A DNA stretch of 32,000 nucleotides from an uncultured archaeon (GCA_964354495.1 CAYHAA010000001.1:155975-187974); one strand, 5' to 3'; counted from the stretch's first letter, positions 8,814 through 17,326 are shown. Notes: generated by a model from the letters alone, not told the origin. A program made the numbers and translations.

Positions 8814-9799
8814 ATATTGTTGTCTTGGGCTCTGGAGCCATTGGAAGCCTGTACGGTGCTTTTCTCAGCACTATTGAGAATAACAAAGTGATTCTTGTTG
8901 GCAGGAACCCTCACATAGCCGCGATTCGCACAAACGGTCTCACCATCCGAGGTGTCATGGGAGAGCATCTCTTTCATCTCGATGCGGTTGATGATGCATC
9001 TGAGGTCACTGAGGCAGACTTGATTCTGCTTACCACAAAGACCTATGATACGATCTCAGCAATCACTACTGCCAAACATCTTGTTGACACTGGCGCATAT
9101 GTCCTCATAATCCAGAATGGAATTGGGACAGAGCAACTTGTGGCTGACGCGCTCAGCACAACACGAGTCCTGAGGGCAACAACCTGCATGGGAGCAGTGC
9201 GAACAGCACCTGGTGTTGTCACAGCAACAGGCTGTGGTCTCACAGAGCTTGGTTCTCGCTTCCCTGAGAACTATGGGTTCGTCGAAATGATGACTGATAT
9301 GTTCAGGAACTGTGGTTTTGATGTCCAATCAAGTCCAAACATCGAAGGTGTGGTCTGGACTAAGACACTTGTTAACTGCGGTATCAACCCTGTCGGAGCA
9401 TTGACACGCCTCACCAATGGAGAAGTCTACAGGAATCACCAGCTGAGGCGACTTGTCATCAGACTGATTGAAGAGGCCATGAAGGTCGTGAATGCACTTG
9501 GTATCGAACTCACCACAGAGGACCCTGTACGTTATGCTCTCGGGACTGCTAAGGCCACTGGCAATAACATCAATTCGATGCTTCAGGACATTCTGGCACG
9601 AAAGCGAACCGAGATTGATGCAATCACAGGAGAGATCATAAGACTTGGAAAGGAGCTTGGCATAGACACTCCTTCAAACGAAACTGTGTATGCTCTGATC
9701 AAGGCGATTGAAACTCAGTATCTGAAGGATCCCACGAGGTCTACTGTCATCAAGCATCTTGGGGTAGAAGAATTGGTTGATTCTCTCATTACATCCTGA
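8810..9799 (+). CDS. panE: 2-dehydropantoate 2-reductase (ketopantoate reductase)
   Basis: Rossmann motif VLGSGAIGSLYG, LLTTKTYD, IQNGIG, WTKTLVNCGINP and NINSMLQDILARKRTEIDAITG. Coupled to PPS by an ATGA overlap. Confidence 0.96.
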   Translation: MNIVVLGSGAIGSLYGAFLSTIENNKVILVGRNPHIAAIRTNGLTIRGVMGEHLFHLDAVDDASEVTEADLILLTTKTYDTISAITTAKHLVDTGAYVLIIQNGIGTEQLVADALSTTRVLRATTCMGAVRTAPGVVTATGCGLTELGSRFPENYGFVEMMTDMFRNCGFDVQSSPNIEGVVWTKTLVNCGINPVGALTRLTNGEVYRNHQLRRLVIRLIEEAMKVVNALGIELTTEDPVRYALGTAKATGNNINSMLQDILARKRTEIDAITGEIIRLGKELGIDTPSNETVYALIKAIETQYLKDPTRSTVIKHLGVEELVDSLITS

Positions 9800-10478
9800 A
9801 CATTGATTTTGCGAGCTGATAGGAGGTCAGCGCGGACTTCCTTGCATTGTACTTCATTGCATTCATGTGTCCAGGAAGAGCGATTTCAAACTTCATCTCC
9901 GAGATTCGTTTCAGAGACTCTACAAGTTTCTTCGGACTGCCGGTGGGAAAATCCACTCTGCCGAAACTTCCTCCCGAAAACAGAGTGTCCCCTGTTAGAA
10001 GGATTCCTGTGTCCTCGAGCTCAATCGTGATACTACCTTCTGAGTGCCCCGGGGTATGGTAAACTCTCATCTTCACTTCTCCAAAGTCAAGTGATGAACC
10101 CTCCTCGAGCATGCCTTCCACTCTCAGTGGGGGTAATTCTGCCCCGAAGGTATCGCCCAAGGTTGAGCTCATATCTCCCCTATTGATGGGCTCTGCCTCT
10201 GCTCTGTGAAGGTATATTTTGGGCGAGCCAACCTCCAAAATAGGCACCACACCACCGATATGGTCGATGTGGGCGTGTGTGAGTATGATGTCAGTGATTG
10301 ATGAGAGTGAGGATCCCAGACTGTGAAGCTCACTCTCAAGTGATTCCGCGTAGAGGCCAGTACCAGTGTCAACCAGAATGTGATAATCATTGGATTTTAT
10401 GAAGGTAATATTAGAGTCGAAGGATCGGCTCACCAAGAAGTACACAGACTCTCTAATCTGATCAAACACGTCTATCAC
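9789..10478 (-). CDS. Metallo-beta-lactamase-fold hydrolase (glyoxalase II-like)
   Basis: LVDTG, THAHIDHIGG (HxHxDH), HTPGHSEG, LTGDTLF and LPGH. Confidence 0.92.
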   Translation of the reverse strand: MIDVFDQIRESVYFLVSRSFDSNITFIKSNDYHILVDTGTGLYAESLESELHSLGSSLSSITDIILTHAHIDHIGGVVPILEVGSPKIYLHRAEAEPINRGDMSSTLGDTFGAELPPLRVEGMLEEGSSLDFGEVKMRVYHTPGHSEGSITIELEDTGILLTGDTLFSGGSFGRVDFPTGSPKKLVESLKRISEMKFEIALPGHMNAMKYNARKSALTSYQLAKSMFRM

Positions 10479-11608
10479 CTGAGATGCTCCACTAATCTGT
10501 CAACCTCTTCATTCGTGTTGTAGAAATGTGGTGACACCCGTAATCGACTGTTGCGTACAGAACAGTAAATCTTCTCTTTCATGAGTTTCTCGTTCAGTTT
10601 CTCAACATCTGGTGGCTTGCATGATACGATCGCCGAATTGTTCTTTTCTCCGAAATCGTAGCGAGGGATATCAAGTTCTGACAGACGTTTTCGCAGATAG
10701 TCCGCGACCGCTAGGGCTGCCTTCTCCCGTTTCTGGTTTGATATCTGCAGAAGTGTCTTGAGTGACTCCGAGAAGCCCACATAAGCAATCATGGCCGGCG
10801 AACCGACTTGGAATTTCTGTGCATCACTCAATGGTTTCCTATCAAAGTAGCTGTATTCATTGAGCTGTTCAACACCCCACCAACCTAGAAACCTAGGTTG
10901 AACTTCCTCAATGATCGAATTGGCCAAATAGACAAATCCGGCCCCTACAGGTCCTAGAAGCCATTTTGCTGCTTGCGCTGTTGCAAAATCAATATGCAGT
11001 TTCGACAGATTCGTTTCAATACATCCTGCCGCCTGAATAATATCCACGGACAAAAGTGCACAGTTGGCATGAGTGACCTTTGATAGCGCTCGTAAGTCGG
11101 TTCGAAATCCACTCCCGAACTGAACTTGACTGACAGCAACGACGCGTGTGTTCTCATCGATTGCCCCCGCGAAATCATCCATTGATGCCGCTCCATCAGT
11201 GGACTTCACTACTCTGAGTTCTGGACCGTAGAGCTTGCTGATGTTCTGCCAAGGAATGTAGTTTGCAGGAAACTCCAGATCGCACAGAACAATGTTTGAA
11301 TCAGCGGGATATTCTATGCTATGTCCGAATGAGTTGACGCCTGAACTGGTACTCGGTACAAAGGCATATTGGCAGTAGTCTCCGCCAAGTAGCTTGGCAA
11401 GGTTAACCCTTATTGATTTGAAGAGATTCAGCGTGTCTTCGAAGTCGCCAATTGCTTCTACGCTATTGTCTAGATACTCCTTCATTGCATTGATAGTCAC
11501 TGCGGGCGGAATGCCAGTGGATGCATTATTGAGATAGGTCAGATGCTCGAGAGTAGGCCAAGTTTCGGAAATGAACTTGCGGTCGATGAGGTCTGTCATG
11601 AAATGCAT
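10475..11608 (-). CDS. PLP-dependent aminotransferase class V-fold enzyme (NifS/kynureninase/CefD-like)
   Basis: TYLNNASTG, FVPSTSSG, EFPAN, VSQVQFGSG, VDIIQAAG, AAKWLLGPVGAG (PLP lysine) and RVSPHFYN. The true start is probably ATG 11608 or 11599; the ORF-track extension to 11899 is the antisense shadow of the GTPase gene. Confidence 0.9.
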   Translation of the reverse strand: MHFMTDLIDRKFISETWPTLEHLTYLNNASTGIPPAVTINAMKEYLDNSVEAIGDFEDTLNLFKSIRVNLAKLLGGDYCQYAFVPSTSSGVNSFGHSIEYPADSNIVLCDLEFPANYIPWQNISKLYGPELRVVKSTDGAASMDDFAGAIDENTRVVAVSQVQFGSGFRTDLRALSKVTHANCALLSVDIIQAAGCIETNLSKLHIDFATAQAAKWLLGPVGAGFVYLANSIIEEVQPRFLGWWGVEQLNEYSYFDRKPLSDAQKFQVGSPAMIAYVGFSESLKTLLQISNQKREKAALAVADYLRKRLSELDIPRYDFGEKNNSAIVSCKPPDVEKLNEKLMKEKIYCSVRNSRLRVSPHFYNTNEEVDRLVEHLR

Positions 11609-11699
11609 CAGGATTGCCGTTTCTTGATAAAGCTCACTGCGGATGAAGTTCCCCGAAGGTTTAAGACTACCATCGCACTGATAAATCTCGGAGAGCAGA

Positions 11700-12566
11700 T
11701 TGCCGATATTCAGGAGGTTTGGAAGGCGTTCTAAGACGCCAAAGGAAGAAGATACATCCTCTAAGGTTGAACTAGGCTCGGCGACTCTAGGCGGAAGCAC
11801 CCCTGATAGACCTCCCGAAAAACCAACCACGATGGCAACTCCTCGCACTAAGGTTTTTGAAGAACGAATGCCTGCAGCAGTATCCATGGGGCGACTCATC
11901 GCATCATCAGAGGAGATAGCAGTTGATGCAGAGAAGACAGTAGATTATGCAAAGAGGGCTCGAATTCACCCTCAGACAGCTGCCGAGATTGTTCCCGGAA
12001 AGGTCTTGAAACGCGACGAGGAAGGTCGCATTCATATCAAGATTGTGTTCTATGGCCCCTCTCTCTCTGGCAAGACCACGGCTCTTAGATGGCTCTTTGC
12101 TAATGTACGGTCTCTTGCAAAGGGGAAGATTGTTGAGATATCTGACGAACTAGGTAGAACGACGTTCTTTGACTTTATTCCTGTGTCTGCGAGCGATAGA
12201 ATGATTTTTGACGTCTTCACAGTTGCGGGTCAACGTCGTCATGCTGCCAGTCGCATCAAGGTGTTGAGGGATTGCGATGGACTTATTTTCATGGCTGACT
12301 CGACCCCCGAACAGATGAACGAGAACCTTGCATCAATTCAGGAATTACGGATTGCTCTCGGGACTGACCGAATGGCAATGTTACCTATCGTAGTGTCACT
12401 GAACAAGAGAGACCTCCCGAATGCTCTCCCAGTTGACTACATGGTACAGATGCTGGATCTAGAAGGATATCCTGTATTTGCCACAATAGCTACTGAGGGA
12501 AAGAATCTACTTAGAATGTTCCAGCGAGTCCTGCGTGATGCTCTAATTTTCAAAGTGGGTATTTAA
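11700..12566 (+). CDS. MglA-like small GTPase with a long N-terminal extension
   Basis: KIVFYGPSLSGKTT (G1), GRTTFFDF (G2), FTVAGQ (MglA-type G3 with T in place of D), GLIFMADS, NKRDLP (G4) and IATEG (G5). TTG start preceded by GGAGAG. Confidence 0.9.
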   Translation: MPIFRRFGRRSKTPKEEDTSSKVELGSATLGGSTPDRPPEKPTTMATPRTKVFEERMPAAVSMGRLIASSEEIAVDAEKTVDYAKRARIHPQTAAEIVPGKVLKRDEEGRIHIKIVFYGPSLSGKTTALRWLFANVRSLAKGKIVEISDELGRTTFFDFIPVSASDRMIFDVFTVAGQRRHAASRIKVLRDCDGLIFMADSTPEQMNENLASIQELRIALGTDRMAMLPIVVSLNKRDLPNALPVDYMVQMLDLEGYPVFATIATEGKNLLRMFQRVLRDALIFKVGI

Positions 12567-13301
12567 TCAATCCCTGGTGATTGGGAGTTCTCCCTTCTCA
12601 AGTTGTTGAATGAGTTTGACCAGCTCTTCTTCAGCTTGCTCCATGATGACCTTACCCTTCTCAGGCGTGGCCTTCCTCGGGTTTCCGTACATCGCTGACG
12701 GAAGCAGTTCTTCTCTAGACACCCCGGAGATGATAGTGAACTTCGTCACAACTCGATGGGATTCTGCCTTTGAAATATCGACGAGGTCTGGCCGCACATG
12801 CATGACTTCCGATGTTTCATCTTCTCCAGCATGTCCCATCGGAGTCTCTGTGACAAGTTTCCGGGCTGCCTCAGCAAGATCCTTATACCAATTGACAATG
12901 ACAACGACTCTCTGTCCTGTTTCAGTGGCGTTCTTGGCAGCTATTGTCAACTCTGGAATGTTTCCGCCGTGCCCATTCAAGACGATAAGATACTTGAAAC
13001 CATGTTTGAAAACTCCAGTCATAACTGAGGAATAGAAACCTATCAGTGCATCCGGGTCAATCGATATTGTTCCTTCAAAATTGATGAAATTCCAGCTGTC
13101 GCCAAATGGAATCGAAGGAAGGACGAGTGCCCTTGTCTTTGATGCTATTCGCCCCGCTAGATAGGTTGGGAGAATAGTGTCTGTTGAAAGTGGAAGATGC
13201 ATACCGTGGGCTTCAAGGGCTCCGGTTACCATTACGGCAACCTCTGTCCTGGATGAAACCCCAGGGAAATTAGTATGTGATAATTCCGACCAGATTGGCA
13301 T
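12567..13301 (-). CDS. Creatininase / creatinine amidohydrolase family protein (ArfB/MftE-related)
   Basis: GALEAHGMHLPLSTDT, NGHGGN, GHAGEDETS and GNPRKATPEKG. Confidence 0.92.
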   Translation of the reverse strand: MPIWSELSHTNFPGVSSRTEVAVMVTGALEAHGMHLPLSTDTILPTYLAGRIASKTRALVLPSIPFGDSWNFINFEGTISIDPDALIGFYSSVMTGVFKHGFKYLIVLNGHGGNIPELTIAAKNATETGQRVVVIVNWYKDLAEAARKLVTETPMGHAGEDETSEVMHVRPDLVDISKAESHRVVTKFTIISGVSREELLPSAMYGNPRKATPEKGKVIMEQAEEELVKLIQQLEKGELPITRD

Positions 13302-13437
13302 AGGTTTGTCGTTCGAACGTGTTCTTGCAATCTAATAAATGAGGCGAAATGCCTCTGTCCAGCCGCTCACTAGTCAACTACCGAAAAGATGAAAAACCGA
13401 GAGTGTAGGTTTCCATTGCAGCTAATGCTGCTTACAT

Positions 13438-13513
13438 AGCCCCGTGGTGTAGTGGTCAAGCATAGGCGGCCCTGGCCCGTCTGACCTAGGTTCGAATCCT
13501 GGCGGGGCTACCA
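13438..13513 (+). tRNA. tRNA-Gln, anticodon CUG, intron-less, CCA encoded
   Basis: Acceptor stem AGCCCCG/CGGGGCT (A1-U72, A73, CCA at 13511-13513). D arm GTGT..GCAT. Anticodon stem GGCGG/CCGTC with loop CC-CTG-GC (anticodon 13472-13474). T arm CTAGG-TTCGAAT-CCTGG. Confidence 0.93.
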
Positions 13514-13973
13514 TCTTCCACGGACTAGTTCCTGTTTTCAAAGCAAATCCCTTCCGCGCGGCTGAAAGAACGATCACAGTCATCGTTATCGCGGCAGTAA
13601 TGAAAGAGCCATTGCATCATTCCCGACCAGCTCCACCACACGGTTTCTTCTGTGATTCTCTCTGCAAATGCTAGGAAATAACTCAAAACACCCAGTTTTC
13701 CAATGGTTGTAAAGGTGAGCTTCAAAAATCGGACAGCTGCGCGTTATTGTGTCAAAACTGGAGGTTTAGGCTAGGAACAGTACATTTATAGGGAAACTAC
13801 GTATTTTAATGGCTGGAGAACGGTTCGTCGATAAAGCTCATTCTTGAGTTACCTGTTCCAATCTGACCCCTCCCGGCGGATGAATACGGGGGCGAATCCT
13901 CTCCATTTTCTGTTTTTGTGATGACAATCTTCTTATCCGAGGCGAGCAAATCAAATGGCGGAGTCTGTCTTCA

Positions 13974-14753
13974 ATGGAGCACATCGAACTTGGCTGGAAT
14001 GACTTTTGGGCTGAAATCTTCAGAGTCAAGCATCGAAGAGCTATTCAGGGTATTCAGGACTACGACCGTCTGGTGGTCGACTTCTGTATAGGCGTCATGG
14101 GCCTCAAAAAAGACAATGACGTTCTAGATATCGCTTGCGGCTCTGGAGATCAGTCTATCGAGTTCGCCAAAAAAGGATTCAAGGTGACAGCCTTCGATAT
14201 CTCTGAGACCCTGATTCGTGTGGCAAAAGAGGGTGCCAAGAGCGAGAATGTTTCTATCGACTTCTCGGTTGGTGACATGCGCGCCATGTCCTTCACTCAG
14301 CAGTTCAATGCTGCTGTGCTCCTCAGTCACAGTTTTGGATTCTTCAACCACGAGGTGAATAGACGGATTCTCGGGGATGCCTTTGCCGCGCTGAAGAAGG
14401 GAGGAAAGCTTCTGCTGGACCTAATGAATCCGTATAACCTGCCACGATTTCATAAGACTTGGACAGAGCTTGAGGGCGGATATCTTCTGAGCGAGCCTCA
14501 CATGCTTGATGCTCCAGCAGGAGTTCTTAGGGGACGTCCTGCTCTCTTTGTCGATACAGAACACGACCGAGTTGTCTTGATGGATTCAGATGCTCTGTCT
14601 AACAACGATATCCGGATGTATACCGCTCTTGAGATTCATGCCATGCTTAATGAAGTAGGATTCAAGAAGATTGAATTCTACGGACAGAACACTCTCCCGA
14701 GGATGCCGTATTCGGCTGGATCTGAGAGAATGGTTGTCGTCGCGACAAAATGA
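13974..14753 (+). CDS. Class I SAM-dependent methyltransferase
   Basis: Motif I VLDIACGSG, followed by AFDISE, VGDMR, FNAAVLLSHSFGFF and LKKGGKLLLD. Confidence 0.92.
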   Translation: MEHIELGWNDFWAEIFRVKHRRAIQGIQDYDRLVVDFCIGVMGLKKDNDVLDIACGSGDQSIEFAKKGFKVTAFDISETLIRVAKEGAKSENVSIDFSVGDMRAMSFTQQFNAAVLLSHSFGFFNHEVNRRILGDAFAALKKGGKLLLDLMNPYNLPRFHKTWTELEGGYLLSEPHMLDAPAGVLRGRPALFVDTEHDRVVLMDSDALSNNDIRMYTALEIHAMLNEVGFKKIEFYGQNTLPRMPYSAGSERMVVVATK

Positions 14754-14848
14754 AAGCACGCAGAATGCCTGCTATCTACTTCCTTCTTCGAGAGAATACA
14801 GCGTAGAAAACCATCTTTCGGAGGATAATTCGCTTCCCTGACATAATC

Positions 14849-14872
14849 CTTTTAAGACTCCAAAAAGGAGTT
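14849..14872 (+). promoter_or_regulatory. Putative TATA box and adjacent inverted repeat upstream of the EF-2 paralog
   Basis: CTTTTAAG (14849-14856) immediately followed by ACTCC-AAAAA-GGAGT (14857-14871). Confidence 0.45.
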
Positions 14873-14999
14873 CGCCTAAGCCACCGGTATGAGTATTATC
14901 GGTGCCCCGACGAGTTCTCTCGCGACATATTCATGAGTTCGGGATAGGTTATGTGCCTGCGATAGCGCGGGAGAAAAAAACTAGGATTGGTGTAACATC

Positions 15000-17213
15000 A
15001 TGGTAAAGATCAAGGAGCCAGATGCGATAAGGAATCTGATACTCTCAGATGACTATGCGCATAAGAGAATCATTTCAATCAGCGCGCACATTGACCATGG
15101 TAAGACTACTACGACAGACTATCTGTTGCGCCGTGCTGGTCTCATGAGTGATGCTGCAACAGGAAAGGCGCTCATGACAGATAGCGATGAGGAAGAGAAG
15201 GAGAGAGGCATCACTATCTTCACTTCAGTGGTCATGTTGCACTTCGCGCTCGAAGGCGAGGAGTACCTTGTCCAACTCTCAGACACTCCCGGACACTTAT
15301 CATTCACGGGTGAGGTTTCCCGTGCCCTCAGGGCTAGTGACGGGGCGGTCATTCTTGTAGACGCTCTCGAGGGTGTCATGACGCAGACCGAAACGAACAT
15401 TCGGCTTGCAGTTGGCTCCGAGGCATGCAAACCAGTGCTGTTCGTCAACAAGGTAGACCGTCTCATCAACGAGCTGAAGCTCCCTCCTGCCAAGGTCTAT
15501 GAGAGAATAGACATAATCATCTCAAAGGTCAATCAGCTGATCAAGAAGGTAGCTCCCAAGGAATATGCCCTAGATTGGAGAGTCAGTTTTCAAGAGGGAA
15601 GTGTAGCCATCGGTAGCGCGAAGACCGGGTGGGCTTTTACAATGAAGACTCTGGAGAAGAAGGGCATTAAGCCGCTTATCGTCTTTGAGAAGTACAGCAA
15701 AGGCGATGATAAATGGCTGAGAGATAATCTTCCTTTGGATGAAGCTCTTCTCGAGATGATAGTGAAACACCTTCCAAATCCAAAAGAGGCACAGAAATAC
15801 AAGATCCCTCGCATATGGTCTGGCGATTTGAATAGCCCGGCAGGACAGGCTCTTCTGAACTGCGACCGCAATGGACCGCTCATCGGATCTATCAACAAGA
15901 TATTCATTGATCCAAAGAGCAAGAGACCGACCCTAATAGGTCGTGTATTCTCTGGAACAATCAAGTCAGGACAGGAGATACGTCTTGTCAATATGAAACA
16001 GAATGCAAAAGTCAAGCGCCTAGGAGTTCAGGAGATCACCGATATTCTTGATATGGATGAGGTTCCTGCTGGTAATCTCTTCTCTGTGTTCGGCTTCATA
16101 TGCCCAAGTGGTGAGTCGTTCGTAGATCCCGGTTCAGACACGAAGGGCTTCGAAGCCATCGAGTACGTGAGCGAGCCGGTCGTCAGCAGAAGCATCAAGC
16201 CAATTGATCCTCAAGATGTTGCTACGCTTGGCGAAGTAGTGTCAAAGTGGATTATGGCAGATCCAACAGCGAGGTTCACTCATGACAAGGAGTCAATGGA
16301 GTATCGTCTTGATGGTATCGACCCACTTCAGATTGAGATACTCACCGAGAGAATCAATGAGCAGGTTCCCATCAGAGTATCGGAACCCATCATTGTGTAC
16401 CGCGAGAAGATGACCGAGCGCGGAGAAGAATTCCACACCAAGTCACCGAACGGGCATAACAAGATTCGTATGTTCCTTGAGCCCCTTGATGAGAAGACAG
16501 TCGACCTAATTCGTAGGAAGAAGGTCACTGCTGAGATGAACGATAGAGAGCGAGCTCAGATCCTCCGTGATGAGGCTGGCTGGGACGCGAAGGAAGCGCG
16601 AAAGATTCTCGATATATATGAGTCATCTATGCTAGTTGATGGAATGAGTGGAGTACAGCGATTCGACCGTATCTATTCCTACCTCGAGACTGTTTTCCGT
16701 GAGTTCATTGATGCTGGTCCTCTAGCACACGAACCCGTGATGGGCGTTAAAGTCACACTGACTGATGCTACCGTGCACAACGACCCAGCACACACCGGGT
16801 ACAACGAGGTGGCCACCATGGTAAGCGCAGCTCTTAACATGGGGTTCCTCACAGGAAGACCCGGGCTGTTCGAGCCTGTTCTTAATACTGACATCAAGAC
16901 CCCAACTGCCACACAGGGTCAAGTGATTAAGGTCCTCACAGGTCACCGGGGTCAAATCCTCACGATTGAGGGTGAAGAGGATACAGTCACCGTGAAGGGG
17001 AGTCTGCCCACTGCAGAGACCATCGGTATTGCTGATGAATTCAGAAGCGCAACCGCGGGTCGGTGCTTCTTTGGCTATCAGTTCCGTGGTTTTGATCCTC
17101 TACCCAGTACTCTACAGGCAGAGATCATTCTGGAGATTCGGAGGAGAAAGAAGATGGCCGAAGAGATGCCCAATTTGGCTTCCTGGAGCAGATGGGTCTA
17201 CAAGCGGACATAG
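15000..17213 (+). CDS. Elongation factor 2 homolog, divergent stand-alone paralog (aEF-2p-like)
   Basis: AHIDHGKTT, ERGITI, DTPGH, NKVDRL and domain IV SPNGHNK. The diphthamide-loop region reads HNDPAHTGYNE. No rpsG/rpsL neighbours. Confidence 0.93.
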   Translation: MVKIKEPDAIRNLILSDDYAHKRIISISAHIDHGKTTTTDYLLRRAGLMSDAATGKALMTDSDEEEKERGITIFTSVVMLHFALEGEEYLVQLSDTPGHLSFTGEVSRALRASDGAVILVDALEGVMTQTETNIRLAVGSEACKPVLFVNKVDRLINELKLPPAKVYERIDIIISKVNQLIKKVAPKEYALDWRVSFQEGSVAIGSAKTGWAFTMKTLEKKGIKPLIVFEKYSKGDDKWLRDNLPLDEALLEMIVKHLPNPKEAQKYKIPRIWSGDLNSPAGQALLNCDRNGPLIGSINKIFIDPKSKRPTLIGRVFSGTIKSGQEIRLVNMKQNAKVKRLGVQEITDILDMDEVPAGNLFSVFGFICPSGESFVDPGSDTKGFEAIEYVSEPVVSRSIKPIDPQDVATLGEVVSKWIMADPTARFTHDKESMEYRLDGIDPLQIEILTERINEQVPIRVSEPIIVYREKMTERGEEFHTKSPNGHNKIRMFLEPLDEKTVDLIRRKKVTAEMNDRERAQILRDEAGWDAKEARKILDIYESSMLVDGMSGVQRFDRIYSYLETVFREFIDAGPLAHEPVMGVKVTLTDATVHNDPAHTGYNEVATMVSAALNMGFLTGRPGLFEPVLNTDIKTPTATQGQVIKVLTGHRGQILTIEGEEDTVTVKGSLPTAETIGIADEFRSATAGRCFFGYQFRGFDPLPSTLQAEIILEIRRRKKMAEEMPNLASWSRWVYKRT

Positions 17214-17326
17214 GCTCAATCGATTACTGTAGGGGATGTTCTCCCGAACATCTCCTGACATCTCCATTTGTCTGGTTCAGTGGATAGGCTTTTGACCAAC
17301 CAGTATTTCTTGTTGTCCGATTGATT

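Noticed and set aside
11609-11899. 97-aa N-terminal extension of the PLP enzyme in the ORF track (474 aa)
   Set aside because: It is the antisense shadow of the GTPase 5' region. Family similarity starts only at about MTDLID...TYLNNAS, and the shorter start leaves a normal 91-nt divergent promoter gap.
13525-13725. 66-aa minus-strand ORF converging on the tRNA
   Set aside because: TTG start without an SD, atypical Trp/Cys-rich composition and no recognisable motif. It cannot be supported without homology or expression data.
13878-13899. GGATGA...GAATCC hairpin with tandem GA pairs resembling a SECIS core
   Set aside because: Only about 8 nt lie above the GA quartet, so the required upper stem and apical AA loop are missing.
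13809-13973. ATG 13809 is in frame with the methyltransferase through two UGA codons (13845, 13881), suggesting selenocysteine read-through
   Set aside because: The extension has no redox motif or family resemblance, class I methyltransferases are not known selenoproteins, the downstream ORF is complete from ATG 13974, and no convincing SECIS was found.
13438-14999. tRNA as an integration site for a mobile island
   Set aside because: I saw no integrase and no duplicated tRNA 3' end in the window by eye, and the flanking genes look chromosomal.
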